Assembly: GCA_034521595.1 (NCBI GenBank)
Contig: JAXHMG010000003.1
Location: 800,001-864,000, forward strand
Reading direction: 5' to 3'
DNA length: 64,000 nucleotides
Origin: Gemmatimonadota bacterium
Lineage (GTDB): Bacteria > Gemmatimonadota > Gemmatimonadetes > Longimicrobiales > Gaopeijiaceae
The position numbers and the translations under genes were made by a program. This document shows, piece by piece, positions 47,935 through 58,849 of the stretch. The notes under the pieces are model-generated. The model was given only the letters and a program-made list of their open reading frames with translations. It searched no databases and was not told the DNA's origin. How positions within the stretch are numbered: the stretch's first letter is position 1; each line of letters starts with the position of its first letter.

Positions 47935-49294
47935 GCATGCCGGTTCGCGGACGGTAGGCCGGAGGAGCCACGGGCATCAGCCCGTGCGCTCCTCCGCGTC
48001 GTTTGTGGCACAAGCCACGGACCCGGGTTCGGCCACGAGCGACGCGATCGTGCGGACCACGCTCGACAACGGCGTGGTCGTGATCAGCGAGCGTATACCG
48101 GGCGTCCGCTCGGTCGCGACCGGGGTCTGGATCCGACACGGCGGAGCGCACGAGACGGAAGAGCAGGGGGGCGCCAGCCACCTGCTCGAGCACATGGTGT
48201 TCAAGGGCACGCGCCGCCGGACCGCGGGCGATCTCGCGTTGGCGCTCGAGCGGCTCGGAGGCTCCCTCGACGCGTATACGACCCGCGAGCACACCGCCTT
48301 TCAGGCGCGGGTGCTGGACGAACACTTCTCCGAGGCGCTGGACGTTTTGTCGGATCTGGTGCTGGAGCCACGGCTGGCCGCCGCCGACCTGGAGGTGGAG
48401 CGCGAGGTCGTCCTCGAGGAGATCGCACAGGTGGAGGATACGCCGGACGACCTCGTGTTCGAGCTCCACGCCGAGCGATTTTGGCGGGGCCATCCATACG
48501 GCCGGCCCATTCTGGGGACGACCGACTCGGTCTCGGCCATGACGGAAGCTCAGCTTCTCGAGCTCCACGGGGAGCGTTATACGGGGAGAAACTTGGTGCT
48601 CGCGGTTGCGGGCAACGTCGAGCACGACGAGGTGCTGGAACGTGCCACGGAGCTCTTCGGTGACGTGCCGGAGGGTGAGCGAGCTCCGCCGGTCGAGGCG
48701 CCCACCGATCCGATGCGCGGTGGCGAGGTCGTGAACCGGCCGTCTGCTCAGACCCACCTGGTGTTCGGCACGGACATCCCGGGTCGAGCGCACCCCGACC
48801 GGTACGCGCATATTTTGCTGTCGGCCGCCCTGGGTGGAGGCATGAGCTCGCGCTTGTTTCAGAGAGTCAGGGAATCCATGGGTCTCTGTTACACGGTGTT
48901 CAGCTTCCAGTCGTTCCTCCGTGCGCGAGGGGTTTCGGGCGTGTACGTGGGTACCCGACCGGGTACCGCCACGCGGGCAGAGGAAGCGGTGCGCCAGGAG
49001 CTCGATCTTCTTGCTCGCGACGGTCTCAGTGGTGTCGAGCTGGAGGACATACGGCGCCAGGTGAAGGGCCAGATCATGCTCGCACTCGAATCCCCGGTTG
49101 CGCGGCTCGATCGGCTGGCCTCACTGGAGCTGCACGACGAGCCGTTCACCGGACTCGACGAGCTCCTCGCCCGAATTGATGCTGTGACGCAGGACGATGT
49201 CCGCCGCATCGCGCGGGAGGATTACGGAGCCGATCGCCACTTCACGCTGGCGTTGGGCCCGGTCGAATCCGGTACTTCGGAAGCGGGGAGATAA
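47918..49294 (+). CDS. M16 (pitrilysin) family zinc peptidase
   Basis: Inverted zinc motif HLLEH..FKGT, AYTTRE, EREVVLEE, LGGGMSSRLFQ..RE..GL.Y; start uncertain. Confidence 0.9.
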   Translation: MKPEFEHAGSRTVGRRSHGHQPVRSSASFVAQATDPGSATSDAIVRTTLDNGVVVISERIPGVRSVATGVWIRHGGAHETEEQGGASHLLEHMVFKGTRRRTAGDLALALERLGGSLDAYTTREHTAFQARVLDEHFSEALDVLSDLVLEPRLAAADLEVEREVVLEEIAQVEDTPDDLVFELHAERFWRGHPYGRPILGTTDSVSAMTEAQLLELHGERYTGRNLVLAVAGNVEHDEVLERATELFGDVPEGERAPPVEAPTDPMRGGEVVNRPSAQTHLVFGTDIPGRAHPDRYAHILLSAALGGGMSSRLFQRVRESMGLCYTVFSFQSFLRARGVSGVYVGTRPGTATRAEEAVRQELDLLARDGLSGVELEDIRRQVKGQIMLALESPVARLDRLASLELHDEPFTGLDELLARIDAVTQDDVRRIAREDYGADRHFTLALGPVESGTSEAGR

Positions 49295-49295
49295 C

Positions 49296-50426
49296 GTGCG
49301 CATCGGCGTGCCCCGTGAGATCAAGCCCGACGAATATCGTGTGGCTCTGACGCCGGCGGGTGCCGAAGACCTGACACGTGCCGGCCACGATGTCGTGGTG
49401 GAGGCCGGTGCCGGGATCGGGAGTGGGTTCACGGACGACTTCTACGAGGGAGCCGGCGCGCGTGTGCTGGCTTCGGCCTCGGACGTGTGGGCCGAGTGCG
49501 AGATGATCCTCAAGGTGAAGGAGCCCGGCGACTCCGAGTGGGCCCATATGCGCGCCGGTCAAGTGGTCTTCACGTACTTCCATTTCGCGGCGTCGGAAGA
49601 TCTGACCCGGGCGGTGGTGGATTCGGGCGCCGTGGCGATCGCATACGAGACCGTGGAGCTGGATAGCGGGGAGTTACCCCTGCTCACGCCGATGAGCGAG
49701 GTGGCCGGGCGGATGTCCGTGCAGCAGGGCGCGAAGTACCTGGAAAAGCCGCAAGGAGGGCTGGGCGTTCTGCTGGGTGGCGTGCCCGGTGTGTTCTCGG
49801 GGAAGGTCCTGATCCTGGGAGGCGGCGTGGTAGGTACGAACGCCGCGAAGATCGCGGCCGGGCTCGGAGCGAGAGTGTCGATCATGGACATCGACCTCCA
49901 ACGGCTCCGCTATCTGGACGACGTCATGCCCGCCAATGTTCAGGGGCTCTTCAGCACGCGCTATGGCATTCGGAAGCAGGTGGAAGACGCCGACCTCGTG
50001 ATCGGGGCCGTGCTCATCCCGGGGGCGAAGGCTCCCAAGCTCGTCGAGGCCGACGACCTGAAGCGGATGCGGCCCGGAACCGTGATCGTGGATGTTGCCG
50101 TGGATCAGGGCGGTTGCGTGGAAACCATCCGGCCCACGACCCACCACGACCCGGTGTACGTCGTGGACGACGTGATCCATTACGGGGTCGCGAACATGCC
50201 GGGCGGCGTTCCACGCACGAGCACGTTGGCCCTCACCAATGCGACGCTCCCGTACGTACACGCTCTTGCGCGAAAGGGATGGCGCCGGGCGTGTGGGGAC
50301 GACGGAGCCCTGCGCAAGGGCCTGAACATCGTCGAGGGACGCGTGACCTATGCTGGAGTGGCGGACGCTTTCTCGCTGGAATGCACCCCCGTGGATGAGG
50401 TCATCCTGGGGACGAGCCGCGCATGA
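49296..50426 (+). CDS. ald: Alanine dehydrogenase
   Basis: IGVPREIK..EYRVALTP, KVKEP, PLLTPMSEVAGR, GGGVVG, DVAVDQGG, YGVANMPG; GTG start. Confidence 0.96.
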   Translation: MRIGVPREIKPDEYRVALTPAGAEDLTRAGHDVVVEAGAGIGSGFTDDFYEGAGARVLASASDVWAECEMILKVKEPGDSEWAHMRAGQVVFTYFHFAASEDLTRAVVDSGAVAIAYETVELDSGELPLLTPMSEVAGRMSVQQGAKYLEKPQGGLGVLLGGVPGVFSGKVLILGGGVVGTNAAKIAAGLGARVSIMDIDLQRLRYLDDVMPANVQGLFSTRYGIRKQVEDADLVIGAVLIPGAKAPKLVEADDLKRMRPGTVIVDVAVDQGGCVETIRPTTHHDPVYVVDDVIHYGVANMPGGVPRTSTLALTNATLPYVHALARKGWRRACGDDGALRKGLNIVEGRVTYAGVADAFSLECTPVDEVILGTSRA

Positions 50427-50866
50427 GGGACCGGGTTCGCTTTACGCGTGTCGGGGACCAAGCGGATCTCCTGCCCCCGGCACGAGGCAGCGCCCGTGCC
50501 GCTGGATACGATGTTCGAGCGGCGGAGTCGGTGACGCTCGAACCCGGGGAGATTCGTCTCGTAGGTACGGGATTTGCACTCGAGTTGCCCGAGCACCTCG
50601 AGTGTCAGGTAAGGCCCAGATCCGGGCTTGCGCTCAAACACGGGATCACCGTTCCGAACAGTCCGGGAACGATCGATCCGGATTATAGGGGGGAGTTACG
50701 GATCATCCTGCAGAATTCGGGGTGTGAGACTGTCCGACTCGACCGCGGCGAACGGATCGCACAGCTCGTGTTCGCACGCTTCGAGACGCCGGAGCTCTCC
50801 GAAGTTTCTGTACTTTCCTCCACGGACCGGGGTGACGGTGGATTCGGCAGCACGGGCACCTCATGA
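50423..50866 (+). CDS. dut: dUTP diphosphatase
   Basis: AAGYD, RPRSGLA, GTIDPDYRGE, RIAQLV, RGDGGFGSTG. Confidence 0.97.
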   Translation: MRDRVRFTRVGDQADLLPPARGSARAAGYDVRAAESVTLEPGEIRLVGTGFALELPEHLECQVRPRSGLALKHGITVPNSPGTIDPDYRGELRIILQNSGCETVRLDRGERIAQLVFARFETPELSEVSVLSSTDRGDGGFGSTGTS

Positions 50867-50982
50867 AGGACCATGCTGCGATGCGGCTTCCTGGCATCCC
50901 ACTCGACGTAAACGTATGTTTCGACTTCCTGGCCGGCTGATGGCCGCCCGGGTCCTCGTTCCCGCCTGAATCAGACTTCGCC

Positions 50983-52029
50983 GTGCTGTCCTTACTGAGC
51001 AACTGGTTGAACTCGGGGCGTCTCGTGCCTGTAAACGATATCGCCGTCGACCTCGGAACCGCGAACACACTCGTGTATGTGAAGGGCGAAGGGATCGTCC
51101 TGAACGAGCCGTCTGTGGTCGCGGTCGACAAGGAAAGTCGTCAGGTCAGGGGCATAGGCCTCGAGGCCAAGCGCATGCTGGGACGCACACCGGAAGGGAT
51201 CGAGGCGATCCGGCCGCTCAAGGACGGCGTCATCGCCGACGTCGATGTCACCGAGACGATGCTGCGCCACTTCTTGAAGCAGGTCACCGCGAAGCGGGTG
51301 TTCCGCATCAAGCCGAGGATCGTCGTGGGGGTGCCGTCCGGCATCACGGAGCTCGAGCGCCGAGCCGTTCGCTCCTCCGCCATGTCCGCGGGTGCGAAGG
51401 GCGTGTACATGGTCGACGAGCCGATGGCCGCCGCCGTCGGCGTGGGACTCCCCGTCGAAACGCCCACCGGAAACATGGTGATCGATATCGGAGGCGGCAC
51501 GACGGAGATCGCGGTGATCGCGCTGTCGGGCATCGTGTCCAACACCTCCATCCGGGTCGGTGGCGACGAGATGGACTCGGCGATCGTCACCTTCCTCCGC
51601 AAGAACTACAACCTCCTCATCGGAGAGCCGACGGCCGAGGCCATCAAGGTCCAGATCGGGTCGGCATTCGACTTTGGGGAGGAACGGGAGATGGAGGTCA
51701 AGGGACGGGACCTGGTCTCCGGCATCCCGAAGACCGTCACCGTCCACTCGCAGGAAATTCGGGAGTGCATCCAGGAGCCCGTCCAGGCGATCGTCGAGGC
51801 CGTCCGCCGTGCGCTCGAGATCACGCCGCCGGAGCTCTCCTCCGACATCGTCGATCGCGGTATCGTCATGACCGGCGGCGGAGCGCTGATCCGTGGCCTG
51901 GACCGTCTGCTGCAACACGAGACGAACCTTCCGATCCACGTGGACGAAGAACCATTGACTTGCGTGGTGCGTGGCGCGGGCCGGATTCTCGACGATTTCC
52001 ACAAGTATCGCTCCGTGCTCATTCAGTAG
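50983..52029 (+). CDS. mreB: Rod shape-determining protein MreB
   Basis: DLGTANT, EPSVVA, PLKDGVIAD, DIGGGTTE, MTGGGAL. Confidence 0.98.
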   Translation: MLSLLSNWLNSGRLVPVNDIAVDLGTANTLVYVKGEGIVLNEPSVVAVDKESRQVRGIGLEAKRMLGRTPEGIEAIRPLKDGVIADVDVTETMLRHFLKQVTAKRVFRIKPRIVVGVPSGITELERRAVRSSAMSAGAKGVYMVDEPMAAAVGVGLPVETPTGNMVIDIGGGTTEIAVIALSGIVSNTSIRVGGDEMDSAIVTFLRKNYNLLIGEPTAEAIKVQIGSAFDFGEEREMEVKGRDLVSGIPKTVTVHSQEIRECIQEPVQAIVEAVRRALEITPPELSSDIVDRGIVMTGGGALIRGLDRLLQHETNLPIHVDEEPLTCVVRGAGRILDDFHKYRSVLIQ

Positions 52030-52063
52030 CGCGTGAAGCGAACGTCGGCGTCGGGAGGAACGT

Positions 52064-52987
52064 GTGGCCGTTCTGGGAGGTGAATCCGACATCGGCGGCG
52101 GAAGGAAGCAGATGCTCATCGCCGCCGCCTTTTTGGTGGCCGGCATCGTCGTCGGCACCCTCGGGGAGGCTGTGGAGCAGCGTATCGCCGGCTTCATTCG
52201 GAGCAACGTCCTCCGGCCGTTCATCGCCACTCAGGAGCTCATCGCCAGCGCGCGGACCCGAGCTACGGACGTCGATCAGCTCATGGTCCGCATCGATTCG
52301 CTGACGGCGATCCTCAGTGCCCAGGCGACTCTGGTCGATGAAAACGAAACGTTGAGGGAGCTCCTCGATCTTTCCGGGCGCCTGGAGCCTCGATTCAGGT
52401 CGGCGACGGTGCTGCGGCCGGGCACACCCGGATCGGAGAGCATGTTCCTCCTGGACGCGGGGCGGTCCGACGGAATCCGGATCAGGGCGCCGATCATCAG
52501 CTCGGACGGGTTGATCGGGGTCGTGCGGAGCGTGAGCGAGTCGAATGCCGCCGGGATGGATTGGACGCATCCGGACTTCCGGGCGAGCGCGATGGTGCCG
52601 GGGACGGACATGTACGGCATCGTGGAGAATCGGAGAGGGGCATTCCGTGAGGTGGATCGCCTCGTCCTCACGGGTACGGCCTACAACGAGGTGATCCAGG
52701 ACGGAGCCCGTGTGGTCACCAGTGGCCTCGGTGGCGTATACCCGAGAGGAATCCCCATCGGAACGATCGCGGGGGTAGCCGACTATGAAGGGTCCTGGCG
52801 GAAGAGCTACTGGCTCCGTCCGAGCGTGTTGCCCGGGGAAGTGACCCACGTGCTGATTCCCATCGAGGACCTGTCGGCGGAAGGGATCACGTGGCCGGAG
52901 GATGGGGGCTCCCCCTTGCGACCGGTGCCGGAGCCGGCGGCTGAGGGCGTCGACGAGCCTTCGGAGTCTACCGAGGACGGGGGCTGA
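52064..52987 (+). CDS. mreC: Rod shape-determining protein MreC
   Basis: TM helix, ENETLRELL, DAGRSDGI, GLIG, VVTSGLGGVYPRGIPIG. Confidence 0.92.
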   Translation: MAVLGGESDIGGGRKQMLIAAAFLVAGIVVGTLGEAVEQRIAGFIRSNVLRPFIATQELIASARTRATDVDQLMVRIDSLTAILSAQATLVDENETLRELLDLSGRLEPRFRSATVLRPGTPGSESMFLLDAGRSDGIRIRAPIISSDGLIGVVRSVSESNAAGMDWTHPDFRASAMVPGTDMYGIVENRRGAFREVDRLVLTGTAYNEVIQDGARVVTSGLGGVYPRGIPIGTIAGVADYEGSWRKSYWLRPSVLPGEVTHVLIPIEDLSAEGITWPEDGGSPLRPVPEPAAEGVDEPSESTEDGG

Positions 52988-52988
52988 C

Positions 52989-53459
52989 GTGCGACTCTTC
53001 CCCATGGCCGTGGTCGCGGGCCTCGTCGTTCTGCATTTTTTGCTCCGTGTGGGGTTCGGGGTCGGAGGGGCCGCACCGGATCTGTTGACCGTCGGGCTCC
53101 TCATCGCGGCGCGGGAGACGCGGATGGGGTGGGCGGCCGGGCTCGGGTTCGTGTTGGGGCTCCTTCAGGACTCCCTCAGCGTCGTGGCGTTCGGGGCGAA
53201 CACGGTCACGATGACCGTGGTCGGGACCTTGGGCGCGGGGACCAGAGAGCTCTTCGTGGGCGATTCGCGAGCCTTCGTCATATTGTACTTCTTCATCGGT
53301 AAGTGGCTGCGGGACGGCGTGCACTGGCTCCTCGTGGGTGAGGATCTCCGGCGCCCCTTCGTGGAGCAGCTGCTCGTCCAGGGCGTACCGAGCGCCGCAT
53401 ACGTTGCGCTCGTGGGTCTCTTCGTCGTAGCGCTCATCGGAGTGTCGAGCGAAGCATGA
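52989..53459 (+). CDS. mreD: Rod shape-determining protein MreD
   Basis: Hydrophobic; PDLL and GFVLGLLQD motifs; between mreC and mrdA. Confidence 0.88.
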   Translation: MRLFPMAVVAGLVVLHFLLRVGFGVGGAAPDLLTVGLLIAARETRMGWAAGLGFVLGLLQDSLSVVAFGANTVTMTVVGTLGAGTRELFVGDSRAFVILYFFIGKWLRDGVHWLLVGEDLRRPFVEQLLVQGVPSAAYVALVGLFVVALIGVSSEA

Positions 53460-55336
53460 AGGTTTTTCATCCGCACAAGCGGCAACAGCGGGCCAGAGGG
53501 GCCTACATCGCGCTGGCGGTGATGGTCGCTCTCCTCGTCGCCGGCTTCTTCCGTGTTCAGGTGCTCCGTTCGAGCACCTGGGAGCTGCGTGCGGAATCGA
53601 ACCGGGTGCGGCGTCTTCCGGTGCCTCCGCCTCGTGGTACGATTTACGATCGCGATGGCCGGATCTTGGCCGACAACGTTCCGGGCTACGCGATCACACT
53701 TCTTCCGATGCCCCAGGACTCGGCGCGTGCGGTGCTCGATCGGCTGGCCGACCACGTCGAGCTGTCGGAGGAGCGGATCGAGCGGGTGCTCGGTACCTTG
53801 GGCCGTTACGGTCGGGAGGTCGTCGTGGATCCGAACGCCGATTTCGAGTCGGTCTCGGTCATCGAAGAACGACGGGGAAGCTTTCCCGGCATCTACGTTG
53901 AAATGAGGCCGAGACGGCGGTACACCCTGGGCGAGCCGGCAGGCCACGTCATGGGATACGTGGGGGAGATCACGGCCGACGAGCTCGATTCCCCCGAGTT
54001 CGAAGCTGACCGGTACGATCGCGGGATGGTCGTGGGGAAGCTGGGAATCGAGAAGCAGTACGAGGACCGGCTCCAGGGTCGGCAGGGTTGGAAGTACGTC
54101 GAGTTCGACGCACGCGGCCGGATCGTGGGTGATTTCAGTGGGGTTCGCACCGACCCCGGGGAGGCGGGCGAGGACCTTCACCTCCACTTGGATTACGAGC
54201 TACAGGAGTACATCCACTCTATCTTCCCGGACACGTTGTCGGGCGCGGTCGTGGCGCTCGATCCGGCCAACGGCGGTGTCCTGGCGATGTATTCCGCGCC
54301 CACGTACGATCCCAACGATTTCGTCGGCGGCATCGATCCCGACCTGTGGCAGGCGCTTTCCCAGGATGAAAGCAAGCCGCTGTTCAACCGTCCTGTCCTG
54401 GGCTTGTACGCCCCGGCTTCGACATGGAAGCTCGCGACCGCCGGAATCGCACTCGATCTGGGTGTCGTGACCCCGGATGAGGAGATGGCCGACCCGTGCA
54501 CGGGTCGTTGGCGCTTCGGGAACCGTGTCTTTCGCTGCTGGGACCCCGAGGGGCACGGGTACAACAATCTCTCGGAAGCGATCGGTAACTCCTGTGACAT
54601 CTACTTCTACCAGCTCGGGCTCCGCGTCGGGCTCACCCGACTGATCGAGCGCGCGACCGACATCGGGTTCAGTCAGCGCTGTGGGATCGATCTCCCTCAG
54701 GAGAGCCAGGGCATCTTTCCGGAAAGCCGGGACTATTGGCGACGGAACTTCAGCTACGCGCCCACGGAAGGGGAGACCCTCTCGCTCGCGATCGGGCAGG
54801 GGCCCAACTCTCAGACTCCCCTCAAGATGGCTCAGTTTTACGTGGCGCTGGCGAGGAACGGTTCGGCTCCGGCGCCTCGGCTGGCCAAGGGTGAGGAAGT
54901 CGGAGAGGCATGGGAGCTGAACCTGACCGACGAGCACCTCGACGCGCTCCGGGAAGGATTGCGTGCCGTGACCCAGCCGGGAGGCACGGCACACTTCGGA
55001 ACCGCGCTCGAGCACTGGGAAGTGCTCGGTAAGACGGGAACCGGCCAGAACCCACTCAGCGTTCGAGGTCTCGCGGAGGACCACGCCTGGTTCACCGGCA
55101 TGGCCGGGCGCCCCGGCGGCCCTCCCGAGGTCGTGGTGGCCGTGCTCGTGGAGTATGGCCGGAGCGGTTCCGGCACCGCGGCGCCGTTGATGGCGAAGAC
55201 GGCAGATTTTTACCTTCGTCGCAAGCACGGCATCCCGGTCGATACCGTTCAGACGTACCTCGAACATCTCCGGCGCGGAGTCCCCGCGCCCTGGTATCCG
55301 GAACGCTTTCCGACGGCCGAAAGCACCGGACGATGA
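53456..55336 (+). CDS. mrdA: Penicillin-binding protein 2
   Basis: PRGTIYDRDG, HVMGYVGE, SxxK (STWK), SCD.YFY, AIGQG, KTGT. Confidence 0.95.
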   Translation: MKVFHPHKRQQRARGAYIALAVMVALLVAGFFRVQVLRSSTWELRAESNRVRRLPVPPPRGTIYDRDGRILADNVPGYAITLLPMPQDSARAVLDRLADHVELSEERIERVLGTLGRYGREVVVDPNADFESVSVIEERRGSFPGIYVEMRPRRRYTLGEPAGHVMGYVGEITADELDSPEFEADRYDRGMVVGKLGIEKQYEDRLQGRQGWKYVEFDARGRIVGDFSGVRTDPGEAGEDLHLHLDYELQEYIHSIFPDTLSGAVVALDPANGGVLAMYSAPTYDPNDFVGGIDPDLWQALSQDESKPLFNRPVLGLYAPASTWKLATAGIALDLGVVTPDEEMADPCTGRWRFGNRVFRCWDPEGHGYNNLSEAIGNSCDIYFYQLGLRVGLTRLIERATDIGFSQRCGIDLPQESQGIFPESRDYWRRNFSYAPTEGETLSLAIGQGPNSQTPLKMAQFYVALARNGSAPAPRLAKGEEVGEAWELNLTDEHLDALREGLRAVTQPGGTAHFGTALEHWEVLGKTGTGQNPLSVRGLAEDHAWFTGMAGRPGGPPEVVVAVLVEYGRSGSGTAAPLMAKTADFYLRRKHGIPVDTVQTYLEHLRRGVPAPWYPERFPTAESTGR

Positions 55337-56568
55337 GACGGCTGTTCCACATCTGGGCGGTCGATCGGTGGTTCGTGCCAGGCGTTGTAGCCCTCTCCCT
55401 CTTCGGCGTGGCCATGATCTACTCCGCCGGCGAGGTGCACGTCCCGAATCCGGTGACCGATGGTGCCTGGATCCGCCAACTGACCTGGTTGGCGCTGGCG
55501 AGCGTGGCATTCGTATTCCTGTCCCGGGTGCCCGTGCGATGGATCGAATGGGGGGCGATGCCCGCCTACGTGGTCAGTGTGGCTCTGCTCGCCGCGACAC
55601 TCGTCGTGGGGACGGGTGCGGGTACTGCCGCCGGCGTGCGGAGCTGGATCGACGTCGGGTTCGTTCGCTTTCAGCCGGCTGAGATCGCCAAGCTGGCCAC
55701 GATCCTGGCGTTGGCGAAGCTGCTCGCCCAGGGCGACGGTCCGCTCACCTCGCTGCGCGACCTCCTCCTTCCGGCTGCGCTCGTCGGACTGCCCGTGGCG
55801 TTGGTCTTGCTGCAGCCGGACCTCGGCACGGCCATGGCGTTCGGCGGCATCCTCTTCGCCATGCTCTTCTGGGCCGGCACGCCGGTGGCGTTGCTCGTGC
55901 TCGTGGTGAGCCCCGTGGCGGCCTTGATCCTCTCCTACGACATCGCCGTGTGGTCGTGGTACATCCTCGGCCTGATCGTCTTCCTCTACCTGTATCGGTA
56001 CCGCCTCTTTCTCGCCGAGTCGGTCGCGGTGGTGCTCGCCAACTTCGCTGCCGGGACCATCGCGCGCCCGTTGTGGAATTCCCTCGCGGAGTACCAGCGA
56101 AATCGGATCGTCGTGTTCCTGGATCCCGAGGTCGATCCACGCGGTGCCGGGTACCAGCTGATCCAATCGAAGGTGGCCGTGGGAAGTGGGGGGCTCACGG
56201 GTAAGGGCTTTACGGAAGGACCTCAGAAGCGGCTGGATTTCCTCCCGGAGCAGCACACGGACTTCATCTTCAGCGTGGTGGGTGAAGAGCTGGGATTCCG
56301 GGGGACATTGCTGGTCATCCTGGTGTTCGGGTTCGTGCTGAGCCGCCTGGTGAAGATGGCCGCGGATTCCCCCGATCCCTTTGCCGGCCTGGTGCTTCTG
56401 GGTATCTTCGGCGGTTGGCTCGTCCATATATTCGTGAACATCGGCATGACCATCGGTATCGTGCCGATCACGGGCATCCCACTACCGTTCGTGAGTTACG
56501 GTGGGACGTTCCTCTTCATGTCGTGGGTCGCCGTGGCGATAGCCGTGCGCGTGGCTCACGAGAGGTAG
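55333..56568 (+). CDS. rodA: SEDS peptidoglycan glycosyltransferase RodA
   Basis: RSWI...[51 protein letters not shown]. Confidence 0.96.
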   Translation: MRRLFHIWAVDRWFVPGVVALSLFGVAMIYSAGEVHVPNPVTDGAWIRQLTWLALASVAFVFLSRVPVRWIEWGAMPAYVVSVALLAATLVVGTGAGTAAGVRSWIDVGFVRFQPAEIAKLATILALAKLLAQGDGPLTSLRDLLLPAALVGLPVALVLLQPDLGTAMAFGGILFAMLFWAGTPVALLVLVVSPVAALILSYDIAVWSWYILGLIVFLYLYRYRLFLAESVAVVLANFAAGTIARPLWNSLAEYQRNRIVVFLDPEVDPRGAGYQLIQSKVAVGSGGLTGKGFTEGPQKRLDFLPEQHTDFIFSVVGEELGFRGTLLVILVFGFVLSRLVKMAADSPDPFAGLVLLGIFGGWLVHIFVNIGMTIGIVPITGIPLPFVSYGGTFLFMSWVAVAIAVRVAHER

Positions 56569-56581
56569 CTTTCGAAGCGCA

Positions 56582-57430
56582 ATGGCTTGGTTCCGCAAGG
56601 ACAAGAAGCCGCTCAACGCCGAGGACCGGCGTGACCTCCCGTCCGACGTATTCGACAAGTGTCCGGGCTGTGGCGAGATCCTCTACCGTGAGCGGTTGGC
56701 TCAGAACCTCAATGTTTGTCCGAACTGTGGGCATCACCTGCGGATCGCCGCCGATGCCTACCTGAGGCTGTTGCTGGACGACGACAGCTTCGACGAAGTC
56801 GCTGGTGAGCTGCGCGCCGCGGACCCACTCGAGTTTCGTGACCTCAAGCCGTACCACGAACGGGTTCGGGCAGCCGAGGCGAAGGGAAAGAACGAGGCCG
56901 TGGTGACGGGCACGGGCCGGTTGGATGGGATCGAGGTCGCGGTCGCGGTGATGGACTTCGGCTACATCGGGGGCTCCATGGGGTCCGTGGTCGGAGAGAA
57001 GATCGCGCGCGTGGCCCGCCTTGCCCTCGAGCGGCACCTTCCGTTGATCGTCGTCAGCGCCTCGGGTGGGGCGCGCATGCAGGAGGGGATCTATTCCCTC
57101 ATGCAGATGGCGAAGACCTCTGCGGTGCTTTCCCGGTTGCACGAAGCCGGCCTGCCGTTCATCTCGGTGCTCACCCACCCGACCACCGGAGGAGTGACGG
57201 CCTCCTTCTCGATGCTGGGTGACGTCAATTTGGCCGAGCCCGGCGCGTTGATCGGCTTCGCGGGACCGCGGGTGATCGAGGAAACGATCCGCCAGGAGCT
57301 GCCCGAGGGGTTCCAGCGAGCGGAATTTCTCAAGGAACACGGCATGGTCGACCGTGTGGTGGACCGCCGGGAGCTCCGCGGCGAGATCGCCACCCTCCTG
57401 CGACACATGTACGTCGGTTGGGGCTCGTAG
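56582..57430 (+). CDS. accD: Acetyl-CoA carboxylase carboxyltransferase subunit beta
   Basis: C4 zinc finger, [38 protein letters not shown]. Confidence 0.97.
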   Translation: MAWFRKDKKPLNAEDRRDLPSDVFDKCPGCGEILYRERLAQNLNVCPNCGHHLRIAADAYLRLLLDDDSFDEVAGELRAADPLEFRDLKPYHERVRAAEAKGKNEAVVTGTGRLDGIEVAVAVMDFGYIGGSMGSVVGEKIARVARLALERHLPLIVVSASGGARMQEGIYSLMQMAKTSAVLSRLHEAGLPFISVLTHPTTGGVTASFSMLGDVNLAEPGALIGFAGPRVIEETIRQELPEGFQRAEFLKEHGMVDRVVDRRELRGEIATLLRHMYVGWGS

Positions 57431-58767
57431 CCGGACGCGGTCCGGTCGCACCCGAGCGGCTGGATCGACCGTTCCAGGATCCTCTCGTTCGACGTCTCTT
57501 TCCCCCGCTGGTTACAGGGGTTCACTGGGGGCTCGAGCGAACCGAGCGCGCGCTCACGGCACTGGCCGAGCCACATCGTGCTTACCCTTCGATCCACGTC
57601 GGAGGGACGAACGGGAAGGGGTCGGTCGCTTCGACCCTGGCGTCGGTCATGAGGGTCGAAGGGCGGAGGACCGGCTGTTACACTTCGCCGCATCTGTGCT
57701 CTTTCCGCGAGCGGATCATGGTGGACGGTCGTCCGCTCACGGAGGAGGCGCTCCTCGCGTACGCGGCGGAGATCCGTGACGTAGTGATCGGATCCGGGCT
57801 GACGTTCTTCGAGGCCGTGACCGTGCTGGCCTTCCACGTGTTCGCGCGCGAGAGGGTGGAGATGGCGGTCATGGAGGTGGGGCTGGGCGGGCGGCTGGAC
57901 GCGACGAACGTGATCGTGCCGGATGTCTCCGCCGTCACGAACGTGGCGATGGACCACTCGGATTTTCTTGGCGGTACCCTCCGGGAGATCGCCCGCGAGA
58001 AAGCCGGCATCATGAAGCCGAACGTGCCGTTCGTGACCACCGAGACGGCATCCGAGCTCCGAGCCGTATTCGAGGACGTCGCGCTCGAACGGGGTACATC
58101 GGTATCGTATCTGGAGCCGGAAGAGATCCGCGACGTGTCGGTGAGTGGTGAGCATACGTCGTTCTCGATGACGACCGAGAGCTGGGGCGACCTCGAGGTC
58201 CGTACGCCGTTGGTGGGACGGCATCAGGCCACCAACGCCGGCCTGGCCGTCGCGACCCTCGACCGTCTCCCTCGTGACCGTCGGCCGGGCTCGGCCGCCA
58301 TCCTGCGTGGCGTCTCGGAAGTCGAATACCACGGGCGGGACGAGTTGTTGGTCATCGACGGGGTGACGTGGCTTTTCGACGTGGCGCACAATACCGCGGG
58401 AATCCTTTCGCTCGTGGATACGCTGGATCGGCTCGGCCTTCCGGGCCCGACGACCGCGCTCGTGGGCGTTCTCGGGGACAAGGATTGGGCCTCGATGCTA
58501 CCGCCGCTGTTCTCGCGGGTGGACCGGGCGGTTCTCACGCAACCTCCCACGGCGCCGCCCGAGCGTCGGTGGAATCCGGCGTCGGCCGCGGCCGTGGTGG
58601 CGGATATCACCGAGCTCTCCGTCGAAGAGGACTTCGTCCGCGCCTTCGAGAAGGCGCGGCTGGCGTCCGCGGATGGCGGCACCGTGGTCGTCACGGGATC
58701 GGTGCACACGGTGGGCGGTGCGATGCGGCTTCTGGAGCGCGAGCCACTCCGTCGGTTCGCGGAATAA
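57418..58767 (+). CDS. folC: Folylpolyglutamate/dihydrofolate synthase
   Basis: [46 protein letters not shown]; start uncertain. Confidence 0.93.
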   Translation: MGLVAGRGPVAPERLDRPFQDPLVRRLFPPLVTGVHWGLERTERALTALAEPHRAYPSIHVGGTNGKGSVASTLASVMRVEGRRTGCYTSPHLCSFRERIMVDGRPLTEEALLAYAAEIRDVVIGSGLTFFEAVTVLAFHVFARERVEMAVMEVGLGGRLDATNVIVPDVSAVTNVAMDHSDFLGGTLREIAREKAGIMKPNVPFVTTETASELRAVFEDVALERGTSVSYLEPEEIRDVSVSGEHTSFSMTTESWGDLEVRTPLVGRHQATNAGLAVATLDRLPRDRRPGSAAILRGVSEVEYHGRDELLVIDGVTWLFDVAHNTAGILSLVDTLDRLGLPGPTTALVGVLGDKDWASMLPPLFSRVDRAVLTQPPTAPPERRWNPASAAAVVADITELSVEEDFVRAFEKARLASADGGTVVVTGSVHTVGGAMRLLEREPLRRFAE

Positions 58768-58812
58768 CACCAGCCGCCACTGTTTCGTGGGACAGCCGGT
58801 GGTGTGATGCGG

Positions 58813-58840
58813 TTGAATCGGGCGATGACCGCGCTAGATT
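58813..58840 (+). promoter_or_regulatory. Possible promoter just upstream of hisS
   Basis: TTGAAT-N16-TAGATT ending 9 nt before the ATG. Confidence 0.4.
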
Positions 58841-58849
58841 GCCCTTCCT

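Noticed and set aside
49296..50426. ald as a duplicate of pntAA
   Set aside because: Shared AlaDh/PNT fold only; motifs are clearly those of alanine dehydrogenase
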